From Laetmonice hystrix (taxonomy: Eukaryota), in contig OZ249436.1 of the NCBI GenBank assembly GCA_965235115.1, positions 15,750,001 through 15,814,000 on the forward strand: a DNA stretch of 64,000 nt. Reading direction: 5' to 3'. Position 1 is the stretch's first letter. Each line of letters begins with the position of its first letter. The notes beneath the pieces are model-generated. The model was given only the letters and a program-made list of their open reading frames with translations, was not told the DNA's origin and did not search any database. Of this stretch, positions 1 through 12,229 are shown one piece after another. A program made the translations under genes and the position numbers.

Positions 1-188
1 CAGTTTTTTTTTGGTGGAGGAAACCGGAGTACCCGGAGGAAACCACCGGCATTCGGGAAGGAACTGACTGACAAACCTTTCACACACGCAGCCCAGGCCG
101 GGGATCGAACCCGGATCGCAGTGGTCTGAGGCGATGGCCCGAGGTGTCATGAGCAAACACCTTAAATCACTCGGCCACCCAAGGCCCC
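1..188 (-). mobile_element. tRNA-derived SINE with V/Meta-type conserved core; runs off the window start
   Basis: The minus strand reads GGGGCCTTGGGTGGCCGAGTG (A box), then GGTTCGATCCCC (B box), then GGTTTCCTCCGGGTACTCCGGTTTCCTCC, the core motif shared by the V-/Meta-SINE superfamilies. Confidence 0.8.
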
Positions 189-698
189 GGAACATGGTTT
201 TAAAAATTCGCGAGTGACGCGCGACAATTCCTCAAACAACCAATCAGAAACTAGGTCAGCGACCCTGACATGTGTGCAAGTGAAATTTGTTGAGTCATAA
301 TAAAAATAAAAGTCAAAAAGTTCCGCATGGAATGGATATGTCATACTGAAGTATAATTGTAAAACACCTATCCACTAAAGAAATGAACCATCCAGTCCTG
401 ATAATTTCTGTAACCTCATCGTGACTCCAGCACCCGATTTCCCCAAATAGAGCGATGCACAAGTGAATATCTCAAAATGTATCACGATGACCCTTTTCCT
501 TGCATCTACCAATACCCTGCATAAAAATAGATTGGCAACAGATGAAAAATGGGAGACTAAACGTAACTGAGAACGACACTAGTGATCTCCGTCAACACCA
601 GTAGCCAACGAGAAGAGATTGTATACATGACAGTACACCTCTAAATGGACGAGGAGGAACTGACAGGAGGGGGAGAAGTTATGAAACAGTGTAGTTAA

Positions 699-1227
699 AG
701 GGGCATGCTATGGAACACGTTTTTGAGGATTTCCGGCAATTATCCAACATGACCATGTACTAGGGATCTAAGTAAATAATCCCACCACAGCATTTTGTCC
801 TCCGACGTGTTTTCGCTGCGTATGCAGCACAAGTAGGTTCTATACGACCAAACCTATAGATTTCTCCCGATAGCACATCTCCCGCCATAATTTGGTAGAC
901 AACCTACCATCAACCCGTGTAGTTGCATACTGCGTCACATCCTGCGTGTGCACTCTCTGCATGTGCTTGTTCACGTGCTTCCTTTAGTTGTCAACAATTC
1001 ATCAGTTGCACTCGATCGCCCGGCATCAGAATGCCACCCAAAAAAATATTTTACGAAATCGGCAGAGAACCGGGCAAGGGAACTTCATAAACTTCGATTT
1101 CCCACGCAAAATGAAACTGATAAGTCTGTCGTTGTTTACCAAGCAATTTTAATGAAGGATCTCTTTATGAAAACAGCAAAAGTTCTTTAAAATACAGATT
1201 TTTCACATTTCCTCATAATATGCCCCT
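699..1227. mobile_element. Kolobok-like MITE with TTAA TSD
   Basis: TTAA|AGGGGCATGCTATG ... CATAATATGCCCCT|TTAA: short TIR starting with purines, TTAA on both sides, no ORF. Confidence 0.75.
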
Positions 1228-4200
1228 TTAAGGCTTTCGTTAATGTTACTGACCCCTTGTATGCAACTATTTAATATAATTTAAACATTCTGCTTATGGT
1301 ATATAAATTACTGGTACATCCATGACAAATCATATCAATTTAGTTAGAACATTAATTGAAGTATAATGTTAAACATGACACTGGGGTCAGTTCTGTTCAC
1401 TCTGGGACCTGCTCAGGTCATGGAGGACATTCTCGCTCACAGTGTACGTGTCCAGTCTGAGTGCTTGCATGACGTATCGTAACCGATGCTCGCGCCACGC
1501 GCGCCGAACGCGCCGCGCGGGTTTGGTGTGAATGCCTCTTTAAACTACAATCTGTTGTTTGTAGTTGGAGCATAACACCGGCAAACACTTTTGGCTGGGA
1601 CATATATCCCTTGCAATATGCTCTATACGTGTTGATTCGACTCACCAAAATATATAGTTAATCTCGAATAGTAGACGATAGGTGGCACTGCCTTCTACTT
1701 GACGCGCTCCACCACGTGGTGAGATAAGCAGAGATAGATCAATAGATAAAGGTGCAGTATACTACGGTCCACCTGCGGGCAATTCCGTTTGGTACCGTAC
1801 TCCTCCGGTATAATTCCGTTTGGTACCGTACTCGTCAATCCTCCAGTATAATTCCGTTTCGTACCGTAATCTTCAATCCTCCGATATTGCTCCAATTCCC
1901 AGTTGAAATTTCCAATAAATGCCCACTTCATGAGAGGGTCCTGACTATACTCGTCTCCTGCAGTAAAACTGTATGAAACTATCAATCGAATGGTCTAACT
2001 CCCCATGAACAGGGCGTTATATGGGATTCCCCTTGCAGAAGGTAACATTACCTACGTAATTGTAGTTCTAACCTTTCGTCTCTCGTGCGCAATTTCCATT
2101 CCGGGATTATAGTATGCTGACAGTGACGGATTGTCCGTTCATCTCGGACCCCAAAGACTGATAGGTCTGTAAAACATGTATTGATCAGTATCATTTGTGA
2201 TAGACCGACTTCTTCTACACGGAATTTACAGTCCACCCGCGTCCTGGGGGTAATCCCGTCAGAACAATTGGGGGGGGGGGGCGTAGCCCCTTGTGAGGCC
2301 CCTCAGTCCAATCTCTCCGCTGTACGTAGACACATAATGGAATGGTAACAGCCGCGGTGACTGCGCTTCAAACAACAACAATCTGCCAATGTGTAGGCCA
2401 TTTGTACTTCTTCAGATCATATGGAGAAATGTATAGGACCTCAGGCTAATACATTATATTGAATCCTATACATCCAACGACACGTCGCAGTTCACGTCCT
2501 CTGGTCTTCACGTCGAGTTATCTTCCACGATTATCGCCAATGTCGATATGTCTGAAAAATGTGGCATGTGGGAATAAAACCCGTTATAGATAACAGTTAT
2601 TTATCGAGGGTAGCGACAATCATGTTAAATCATTACTTTTACTCTGATTTATTCTCATTTATACACTATTTTATCGACTACAAATATTTCTCGATATTAT
2701 CATCCTAATGCAATGCAGCTTTCAAATATATCATGAAATAGAAATACAAGCGTATTCGTTTATGACATATTGAACCTTACATTTCAGTTCTTGCTGACAC
2801 GTAATTCCCATTATTTTGTTTGTTTGTTCTGGACCGTAAAACAAATCTTCCTCCCTTTGCCCTCACAACGGATCGTATAACGGGATACAAAACCTACCGG
2901 ACTATGAGAAATATTTGTTCTGATCTTGTTGTGACTTGATCTGACATTTCAATGATCCTTCAGTTACAGTCATAAAAAACAATGAGACCACCAACTACAT
3001 TTATACTTTGAGATACTTTAACTGCACAGTATACAGTTTATCTGAGCATATATCCGCCTTAAATCAGACCGGAAGTGACCTGACGTTTTTCTTAATTTGT
3101 GTACAATAGTTGTTCAAACATTTGTCCGACCGGGGTAATATTAATGTTACTATATCCTAGAGCTGAAACATTTGTTAAAATTTGAACAAACTTGAACATG
3201 TGAAGGAACGCCCCCCAACGATAATATTAATATATTTATTATATATATTCAGATTTTTTATAACTGACGAACCTCTGAAGGTCTGAAACCAGTTAATCGT
3301 CAGGCAGAAGAAAATTATAATCAAGCATAATCGATCACCTTGGGTAAGGCAATCGTATTTCATGAATGGGAACATAATTTTCTTATATATCCTTTTGCAC
3401 ACCATAATTTAATTTGATATGTTTAGACATTGTCCGAATGGTGATGCAACGAATTGGGATATGTCGCGCTCAACTGAGCAACCCAGCGTTTCCATTAACG
3501 CGGCTGCGGTCCGGGCACGGGTACGGCTTCAGATTTTCGTGGTATTGCACATTGGCAGTCAGGATACCGCAAGGAATACATCAACAATGTGCTAGGCATG
3601 CCGTATACTGGGACTTTTTGTCTCTATGTTATTGACATATCATAATCACTGCTCTCATCCTGTGCATTTAAAACTTTTAAAAAGATATTATTTTGCTTAA
3701 AGTTTAATCAATTGTAGGGTTTTTACATACCGCATACTACATTCGATAGGACATCCTCTCGTTGGAACCTAACGATCCTATCATTAAAGTAAATCATCAT
3801 CAAAATTAGCCAGACTCGGAGGAGTATTAGTCGTTGTGTTCGTGTTTCAGACGGCCAAGCTTACTCTGTCTGAATCCAATGTTCCCATTCATCTGTAAAC
3901 CTCACAATGAGCCACGCTTGCAAACGTACAGCGATAATTTGTGAGCTCGGCGGATGAGAGTGAATTCGCCACCCCGAGGCCGAGCCACACAGCCCATCCT
4001 GAACTGTCCATATAAGGTTGTTTTTGGCATGTGTGACTGTGAAATATCTGTAATAGTAGGTATACTGCGGGGGGGGGCAAAGATCGACATGATATAAACT
4101 CCTCCAAAGGTAATACTGCAGAATACCGCCTACACTAAATAATTTTGCGTCGAAAATGTGCAATGTCTTGGATTATGACGTTCCTTCATTCCTGAATCGG

Positions 4201-5267
4201 ACTTACTGTGTTAGCAGATTTAACACGCTTCAAAATATTGTATTTCTGTTTTTAATGCAGTGCAAAGCCCGGAAGAACCGTTCCATTGGATATTTTCAAG
4301 CCAAGTCCAAACTCCAGTCACACTGATTATATTGTAGGCGTGTACACAGGATGTCAGAAATATTTCAAGCAACACTAAAAATTGTTATAACAACGCGTTG
4401 TTTAGACATTCTTGAACCCCTTCTTATGTTGTGGCAAAAGCTGGAATACCGTGCAAGTCCAAGTTCTTGTAACAAACACCAGAGGCGCCCTGTCGCGGTG
4501 AACTCAGTCTCTGATCTTAGTTTTTAAGTCTGCGTTTCATTAGGATTTGGGACCACACCTTCCGGCTATACTTTTGCTTTTCCAAATTGCCTCTAATGAC
4601 GCCACTGGAATGCAGCCACTTTTCTTAGTTGTTTATTACTCGGGAAGACGGGAAGAAATATCGATCTGCCTTCAGAAGGAACTACTCTGGTCACTGTACG
4701 GATTTCCGTACGTTTATTACGGCAGATAGATGTCACAACAGTGGGCGCTTAACACATTATATTGGACCATTTGTGTGCCCAGTATGTGAAGAAAGATGTA
4801 CATCGCGATCACTACTCACATCAGATGCATTGTTAGAACATGTCGAGTTCAGATAAACTGTCACCGCATCTGTAGCAGTCACACAATTCTAGAACTCCGG
4901 GAAACTGTTTGTATAGACTAATGTGGGAGGTAAGCGTATGATAACCTACTCGTGTAATGTATGCTGTAAACAAACCTGTTTGATACGCGTACGTGGTAGG
5001 TTTCCCCTGTCCAAATAGAGGATTCATCACGTCCGTGTTTCTCCCCGCGTTCATTCCGCGACAAGAGTCCGTTTCACGGCGAACCGCCCAGACGGAAACA
5101 CCTGAAGATACCATAGGCATAGCATAGACGTGAAAAACGAAAGAACCCGCAAATTCTCCGGGAATTTCCTTTGGGATTTGCATCTTTTTTTTAAGGAAGA
5201 AACAAACCGGTTTCTTTCCTCCGTCAAAACGGAGTCGCTAGGGAAATCCCCAACGTGAAAGTTCGTC

Positions 5268-5430
5268 ATGCCGCCGATACTCACGGTCACGCCAAATGGA
5301 ACAGTTGATTGAATGTGTGCGCAGGAGGCCATACATTTACAATCCCAAACATAGCCATTACCATGATGCTCAAAGACCTACAGTACTTGGCAGGAAATTG
5401 CGACAGAAATGAAGAAGGAGGGCATACAAG
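5268..5430 (+). pseudogene. MADF (Myb/SANT-like) domain exon of the Harbinger DNA-binding protein, frameshifted
   Basis: Manual translation from ATG 5296 gives MEQLIECVRRRPYIYNPKHSHYHDAQR, then after a frameshift STWQEIATEMKKEGIQ. This fits the MADF pattern LI..V...P.(L/I)Y.......Y.D......W.EIA. It is followed by a decayed donor, AG|TTAAGT. Confidence 0.75.
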
Positions 5431-5717
5431 TTAAGTATATGTAGGCATTATGGCTCAGTTTTGTAAATCATTATACACAGCGATAGCGCTATGTAAAATG
5501 TACGCTGGCTGGAGTTCCCACTGGCCCTTGAAAAGTGAAGAAATCCCCCATAATTATGAGTTTTCCAAGGCTTTTGAATTTTTATATTCACTTGCAATTT
5601 TTTAATTTTCCAATTCCAGTGAATCTTCCAATTCATTGGAATATTCCAGTCAAGGCCTTGAAAATACTTGAAAAATCAGATATTGCACGAACCAAGTTGT
5701 ACAGAAACACGTTGCTT

Positions 5718-6000
5718 TCAGTCTACAGTAAACTGTGGGTTGATCTTTGTATGGTAAATACGCCATCTTGCAGCCAGTAGCCCAAAAGTGTTCTCCACAA
5801 TGCGTTTGGCACGCGACAATCTATTATTAAAGTGCAGTTCATCTTCTGGGCAGCCTCTTCCAGGATATGGGCACATGATATGTCTTTCAAGTGGAAATGC
5901 TGGTACCACGACAACCACATACGGAACTGGTCCAAGTGCTTCTGCACCTAGTAGTGGTCTACTTTCGGGAAAGTTTAGCCTTCCGTGGAACTTTCATGAA
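5718..6000 (-). pseudogene. PIF/Harbinger (DDE_Tnp_4, HARBI1-like) transposase catalytic C-terminal fragment
   Basis: GPVPYVVVVVPAFPLERHIMCPYPGRGCPEDELHFNNRLSRAKRIVENTFGLLAARWRIY matches the Harbinger motifs D.AFPL....PYP and FN.RLSRARR.VEN.FG.L..RWRI. The catalytic Asp before AFPL is lost. Confidence 0.9.
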
Positions 6001-6059
6001 TGCCAAAGGTGACAGAAAATCATGTTATCAAGGTAATTGCAGATATGTTTTGATTCCAG

Positions 6060-6624
6060 GGGAACTACTGGTACCGAAGTACCGCTGCTGCTTCAGCGTT
6101 GATTGCACATTCTCGTCCTACAAAGAAGAAAGTTACACCTGAATCTTCATTGTGCGGAAAAGGGACTTGGAGGAGGCGAGTTGGCCAACCAGAGGATGAC
6201 TTCGGTAGAGCTTTGATTATGTCCTGGAATATAAAACAACTCGAGTGGTATCTACAAAAGCAAGTACCGATGGCCAGAACCAAACGGCAGAAGAAGCCTT
6301 TCTGGACAGCTGTAAGATAAGGATGAAGAAATTAAGCCCTCAAATCAGATCCTACCTCATGCTGCAATTTGGCCAGTTGCTGTTCAATGCAGAGAATCCC
6401 AATGTGATGTCACTATTACCCCATTGCCCGCCACACATATGACACAGCCAGCGAATCCTGAGCCGTTTTACCCTCCATATCATTCAAGACACCATGACAT
6501 TCCGCCAATGCAAGGTCCTCAGATTACTTCTGCTGGACTGTCTGGTCCTTCACCATCTTTCGTTCAACCCCAGTGTTCTGTATCAGATAGCTTGAGGGAT
6601 GTCATGTTAATGTCCTTCAAATAA
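6060..6624 (+). pseudogene. Last exon of the MADF-BESS gene (BESS-like motif and Pro-rich tail), frameshifted
   Basis: Acceptor TTTTGATTCCAG|G at 6059. AEEAFLDSCKIRMKKLSPQIRSYLMLQFGQLLFNAE resembles BESS. Stop at 6624 and AATAAA at about 6793. Confidence 0.6.
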
Positions 6625-6836
6625 GTTCTTATACTTTCATCATGGACGATGTCTGTCCATCATTATCATTAACTTGGAACAGTATGGCTACGATATGCTT
6701 GGACTTAGCATATTGATTCTGGAATATTCTGATACCTTGCTCATTACACTTATTGTAACACAGATTGCTTTGTGGTTCAGGTTTGATTTGGAAATAAAAT
6801 GATGTGTTTCTTCAACATTCTTGTTGTTAAAGTTAC

Positions 6837-7142
6837 CTCAAACAAATTGCCAGTCGTTCTTTCCGACATATCACCTCCCTGGTCAAAGACGTCCGTCTCA
6901 AGGCGTCACCAACGAAGTGCAGAACTTGTGCACACTGTTCCCTATTGAGTCGAAAAAACTAAACAAATCTCTCATCATGATCATATAACTGGCGTACCAA
7001 ATTATGATACGCCCCTTGTTCTCGCCTTCTTAAATTTATGGGATGAACCCATATTTGCCGTCTTTCTTTTTTTCGTGCGTTTCATGTAATAATATGCTAT
7101 GCCTATGGTCAACAGCCTCTCCTGTTCCTCAGGTGTTTCCAT
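6837..7142 (-). pseudogene. Harbinger transposase first exon (N-terminus), with a frameshift and a stop
   Basis: METPEEQERLLTIGIAYYYMKRTKK, then after a frameshift RRQIWVHPINLRRREQGAYHNLVRQLYDHDERFV*FFRLNREQCAQVLHFVGDALRRTSLTREVICRKERLAICLR, then donor AG|GTAACT. The WVHP...R...G.Y..L..L and ERLAI.LR motifs are typical of this family. Confidence 0.85.
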
Positions 7143-9624
7143 CTCGGCGATTCGGCGTGCGGGTAAAAACACGGACGCCAATCGCATACAACCAGCCACA
7201 TCCGTTTGCCAGACGTCGATCGCACCATTTTGGACGGACATGTGCTCCCAGCGACGTGTAGGCCTGCTTCGATCCATGTGCTCCCAATACTGCTAGCGTT
7301 ATAACGAATCCAGCATTGTCTCGTAAATTGGGAGAAGGAGACGAATTTGATTCAAAAAAGGAAACCTGCAGACTAAAGCTGCTGTGTGCCTTCCTCCTAC
7401 TTTCGACCTTCTTTGACCATGATTGCATTCAAGACATGCAGGAGCCTTTAATAGGCGAACACAATATGTGACTGGTGGGAATTTGACGTCATGCAATCTA
7501 AACCGTTCACCCGGCGCGTGTCACTCTCCATGGCAAACCCTCTCCAGCGTGCTGTCCTCAGACTGGGATCCTCCTCCCAGAGGATGGCTTTCAGGCGCAT
7601 GTAGACTTCACTTTAGGATAATTTAAGGTGGTGGTTGTCAGATTCTTCACATGGAAGACGAACTAACCTGGGCATATCCCACGTCCCAAAAATATGGCGT
7701 CATTAAATAGGTCATTTACTGGAGGAAACGCAATCCCTCTCCCGAGGACGAGCTTCACCCCTGTTTGGTACATAGCTCCAGTACCGTGGGAAGAACCACG
7801 ATGAGAGTGGGGGTGCAGGGGGTGAGGTAAAAGGGTTAGATTCGAAATGTATATGGGTTTTAGTGACCTTGAGGTTTTTTTTATGACAACCCTATTCCAC
7901 AATTTTGTGTTCTGGCCTCCTGTATAGATGACAGAATCCTGACCTGAGGTCTTCTTTAAATTGGGGGTTTAATGCTTGCTTGGATCTTCTTGCGGTAAGC
8001 ATGGCGGAAAATTCTCATATTAAACTGGAAAGGTAAATTCAGGATATATGTGTCTAAAATACCTGGGCATACTTGGAGAGAATTAACACTGGTAATTTCC
8101 GTAGCAGATTTAGCCAACATACGAGTTTGTGCATGCGCTTCACAACGGGGAACCAATTCATTCAGCAGTTACACTGCCAAGTTACGCGTTCATATAAATT
8201 ATCATGAGGTTATTTTATGTCTTCAGTGTGAAAACTCTAGTCAAGGGAGCCATATAGCGCTAACAGACGGCGCCATTCGGGGAGGGCCACGGATTACAAA
8301 ACCGGCCGACATGCAGTGGCGACTGCAGCGCCGCCACTAAAGGAGACACGCACGCGCAGTAAATCAGAGCCATGAAATCTTCAATGCCGCGTCCGACAAG
8401 TGACTAAAGAGTTTAGGAGATGAACGTTGTAAAGGTAGAGGAATGAATGTAGGAATGTCAGTAATTATTTCCCATGTAAATAACACTGATATTAATACCT
8501 ACATGTACACTCTTCCGGTGTATACGCAACTATCTGAATTCTACAAGGTCATATTTGAAGATAGAGAGCTTTGCAACGTGCTTAATAATTAATCTGCAGT
8601 TGTTCTTCTAACTTCAAGGCTATCGAAGGTGAGACACATTGTTGGCGTCTTGTCTTAATCTCCGCCCTTCCTAACGACATGCTCTCCTTTACCGTTGACC
8701 TTCGTGGCGTGGCCTTTAGAGCTTTCTGTCATTTCCTGCACCATTGTCCTCATGTCCAACGCTGATAATGAACGGCAGACGCTAGTGGACGGTCACAAGA
8801 CCAAAAAAACGGTCTTCACAGTAGGCTGTCAACTCTGGTGACGACAAAGGTGTAAACGCTGAGTGGTAAGGCAGGCAATGTTCAGGAGATGTCTTTTTTA
8901 TTTCTGTTCAGAATGTAGCAGGGTATGATGGCACTGATTGTAAGGTAATAAAACCCGTCGAACCTGAAAACTCGAGGTAAACAGCTATGAAAAGTAGACA
9001 TACGTAGAAAAACGACACAAATGGAAAACGACCAAATCTCAATTAGAAAGAAAGGACAATGCGATAAATGCAAGAGGAAATGAACGAATAGTAGTGTATT
9101 AGAAAAACTATTACCTTGGAAAAACACCGCGGGACGAGACACACCAGGGCCCATTTCCTCAAAACTTAAGATCTTGCTCAAGCTTAAGCGAGCTCATTTT
9201 TTCTAGGTGGGATCGCGTTACCCACAATACACTTTGCAGCATCGAAACTTGTCAGGATATTTTTTTATATTTTAACCGACATAGCTAACAGTGTTCACTA
9301 AAAATGCCATGGCTCACCCAATCTTGTCTCGAGACAAATTAAGCACTTCAAAGACCAGCATAAATTTACGATATACCTTCTTCTCACAGGGCATAATATG
9401 TATCTTGAAGGTCCCAAGCGTGTAGCAAAAACCCTCAGACCCATGAAATTTTGGAAAATGGTTTAGGCCTAATCATGCTTATGAGGAATTTCGACGGAAC
9501 GGTACATGTGTGATATAGCTTTGATGAAGTTTCATCAGAATTATGGAAAACTCCATTTTCTACCGCGCAGGAATACAAGTTAAGGTATATAGATAAAATA
9601 TTCATTAACCTACCCAATTAGTTG

Positions 9625-9896
9625 CAGGGACGGATCCAGGATTTTTTTCAAGGGGGGGGGGGGGGTTGCAGTCGTCAAGTCCGAAATTATTATTATTATA
9701 TGAAATATATAACGTATAGGCTACTTATCGCTGTAGATTCTAGATTCACACTGTGGTTCCTGGGCTGGAGGACGAACATTTGACACCTTTGTTTCTTTTT
9801 CTTTTCTTTTTTCTTTCTTTTTTTCTTTTTTTGGGGGGATTTCTAAGGGGGGGTTGCAACCCCCACAACCCCCCCCCCCCCCCGGATCCGGCCCTG
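9625..9896. mobile_element. Short MITE with CAGGG(G/A)CGGATCC termini
   Basis: CAGGGACGGATCCAGG ... CCGGATCCGGCCCTG. A related copy lies at 55528-55748. The TSD is imperfect (AGTTG/GGTTG) and the superfamily is not assigned. Confidence 0.6.
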
Positions 9897-10080
9897 GGTT
9901 GTCAGTCGTTGAGGGGATGGACGTTTCCTGATTTATAACCTGTCTCTATCCTGCCGACTCGCCTTCCTATTTGTGGGTGGGCAGCGCCGGCCTTACTGCC
10001 CCATGAATATGCCTCGGGCAATTCGTGCAGTGTTTGCACTACGAGCTCTTCGCGGGTACGTGAATCTCCTTGATGGATTG

Positions 10081-11022
10081 CTCTGTCCACTGACAGCTCA
10101 ACAACCCTCTTCATCCTCCAGAGTATAGACTTCATCGTGTCGCAACAACTACATGTAGCCGACTCCTCTCTCTCTGTATTTGTCTCTGTCTCTGTCTCTC
10201 TCTGTCTCTGTCTCTGTCTCTGTCTCTGTCGTCTCTCTGTCTCTCTCTCTGTATTTGTCTCTGTCTCTCCCTCTCTCTGTCTCTGCCTCTGGCTCTGTCC
10301 ACTGACAGCTCAACAACCCTCGTCATCCTCCAGAGTATAGACTTCATCGTGCCGCAACAACTACATGTAGCCGACTCCTCTCTCTGTCTCTGTCTCTGTC
10401 TCTGTCTCTGTCTCTCTGTCTCTCTCTCTCTCTCTGTATTTGTCTCTGTCTCTCCCTCTCTCTGTCTCTGTCTCTGGCTCTGTCCACTGACAGCTCAACA
10501 ACACTCTTCATCCTCCAGAGTATAGACTTCATCGTGCCGCAATAACTACATGTAGCCGACTCCTCTCTCTGTCTCTGTCTCTGTCTCTCTGTCTCTCTCT
10601 CTCTGTATTTGTCTCTGTCTCTCCCTCTCTCTGTCTCTGTCTCTGGCTCTGTCCACTGACAGCTCAACAACACTCTTCATCCTCCAGAGTATAGACTTCA
10701 TCGTGCCGCAACAACTACATGTAGCCGACTCCTCTCTCTGTCTCTGTCTCTCTGTCTGTCTCTCTGTCTCTCTCTGTATTTGTCTCTGTCTCTCCCTCTC
10801 TCTGTCTCTGTCTCTGGCTCTGTCCACTGACAGCTCCACAACCCTCTTCATCCACCAGAGTATAGACTTCATCGTGCCGCAACAACTACATGTAGCCGAC
10901 TCCTCTCCCTGTCTCTGTCTCTGGCTCTCTCTCTATCTCTGTCTCTCTGTCTCTGTCTATCTATGTCTCTGTCTGTCTCTGCCTCTCTGTCTATGTCTCT
11001 CTGTCTCTGTCTCTGTTTCTCT
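10081..11022. repeat. Compound tandem array: five copies of an ~85-bp conserved block separated by (TCTCTG)n/(TC)n tracts
   Basis: The block CTCTGTCCACTGACAGCTCAACAAC...CATGTAGCCGACTCC starts at 10081, 10293, 10478, 10647 and 10818. Confidence 0.95.
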
Positions 11023-12229
11023 GGTTTGCTAAGGGAATGACTATTCCTCCAAACAGAGAATTGTCTGGGAAATCCGAAGTCGGCGTCATGTTAAATTAAC
11101 AACAAACCTGAAACCGAGAGATCTCGTTTGGGTGTTGGCTAAAGTTTTAGAACTTTCTGTCTCTACTTTCGGTAAATCATAAATGGAGCATCATGACCTT
11201 TTCAGGTGGTTGTTTTGCTGATCCGGCACCCCTAAAAGCTGTGTTAATATTTACTTCGGCAACATTAGCATTTTAAAACATTGAGTGTGGGTTGTCCGGG
11301 GCACTGATGCATCGAGCTTCCCCGAAAGAATTTTTTGCAGTTAAGAAATGCTATCTTCACACTTTCTTCTTGGAATATTGGAAAAAAGTTAACGTCACGA
11401 AGGAAAAAAAGGTTGTATTTTACGAAGGGTCTGGTCTAATTAGGCCCAACAGAATGCCGATTAGAGTGAATAGAATGAAACCTCTGTAATTGGGGACTAG
11501 TCTATCTTCACGTTATCATGGACTGGCAAGCAAATGCACAAGCAGTTGCAGAACGTTGAATAAGAGAAAACTTTCCATTGATCTTCTGAGCGAAGCCATT
11601 AATTGAGGTTTTTTTCAACTTTTGTGAATGACTCTCCATTCAGTTTTCTGTAATGGTTTTAATTAGTGACGACACCTGACATGATGTCAATAACAATTAA
11701 AACGGGCAGAAGGACACCTTTACATTGTATTTATCTGGAAGACTATGATGAAATGTCATCTCGCGATTAGATTCATGCTGTGTCGATCCACCTTGCGTAA
11801 CTAGGAGCATTTGGCACAAGAAATGACAGGTCACATCTGTGAGGGCCTGAACAAGGTTAATCCACATGCATTCGTGCCAAGGCGCATCATATTCAGGTTT
11901 TAAGGTTACAATGTGTCCCAAAACAAATGTAGCACGAGTCTCTGTGGACTCCTTATTTGTATAAATTCTATTATGGACTCAAATCGAAAGTGAAATATGT
12001 ATTGTATGAATATCGTTATGTAAATAAAGATCGTACAGGTATGATGGTTTTCTCATCATTCTAATTACAAGAAGAAAATTACCAAACTCTCTTTTTGATA
12101 TATTCATAACACCCTGTAGAAAATACACCGTTTGGAGCGGAATGCCGTATAGCGAATTGGGGCCACGATCCTAATCAATTTGGTGAACCAGCTTAAATAA
12201 CCTTCGATATAATTGGTTTTCAACATACT

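Larger units (their letters stand above)
4950..7265. mobile_element. Decayed PIF/Harbinger transposon (transposase plus MADF-BESS gene); ends approximate
   Basis: Contains the four coding relics listed separately. An inverted motif CGTCCGTGTTT (5030) / AAACACGGACG (7167) is present, but the true TIR and TSD are not resolved. Confidence 0.75.

Noticed and set aside
1781..1885. Coding repeat (YGTKRN) from three AATTCCGTTT(G/C)GTACCGTA copies
   Set aside because: The spacing (31 and 38 bp) does not preserve frame and there is no recognisable domain.
7560..8387. P-element-like or other DNA transposon relic ending in ...GCCATGAAATCTTCAATG
   Set aside because: No partner TIR, TSD or recognisable transposase motif was found.
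10081..10905. CRISPR array
   Set aside because: The repeats are ~85 bp, the spacers are homologous microsatellites, there are no cas genes, and the context is eukaryotic.
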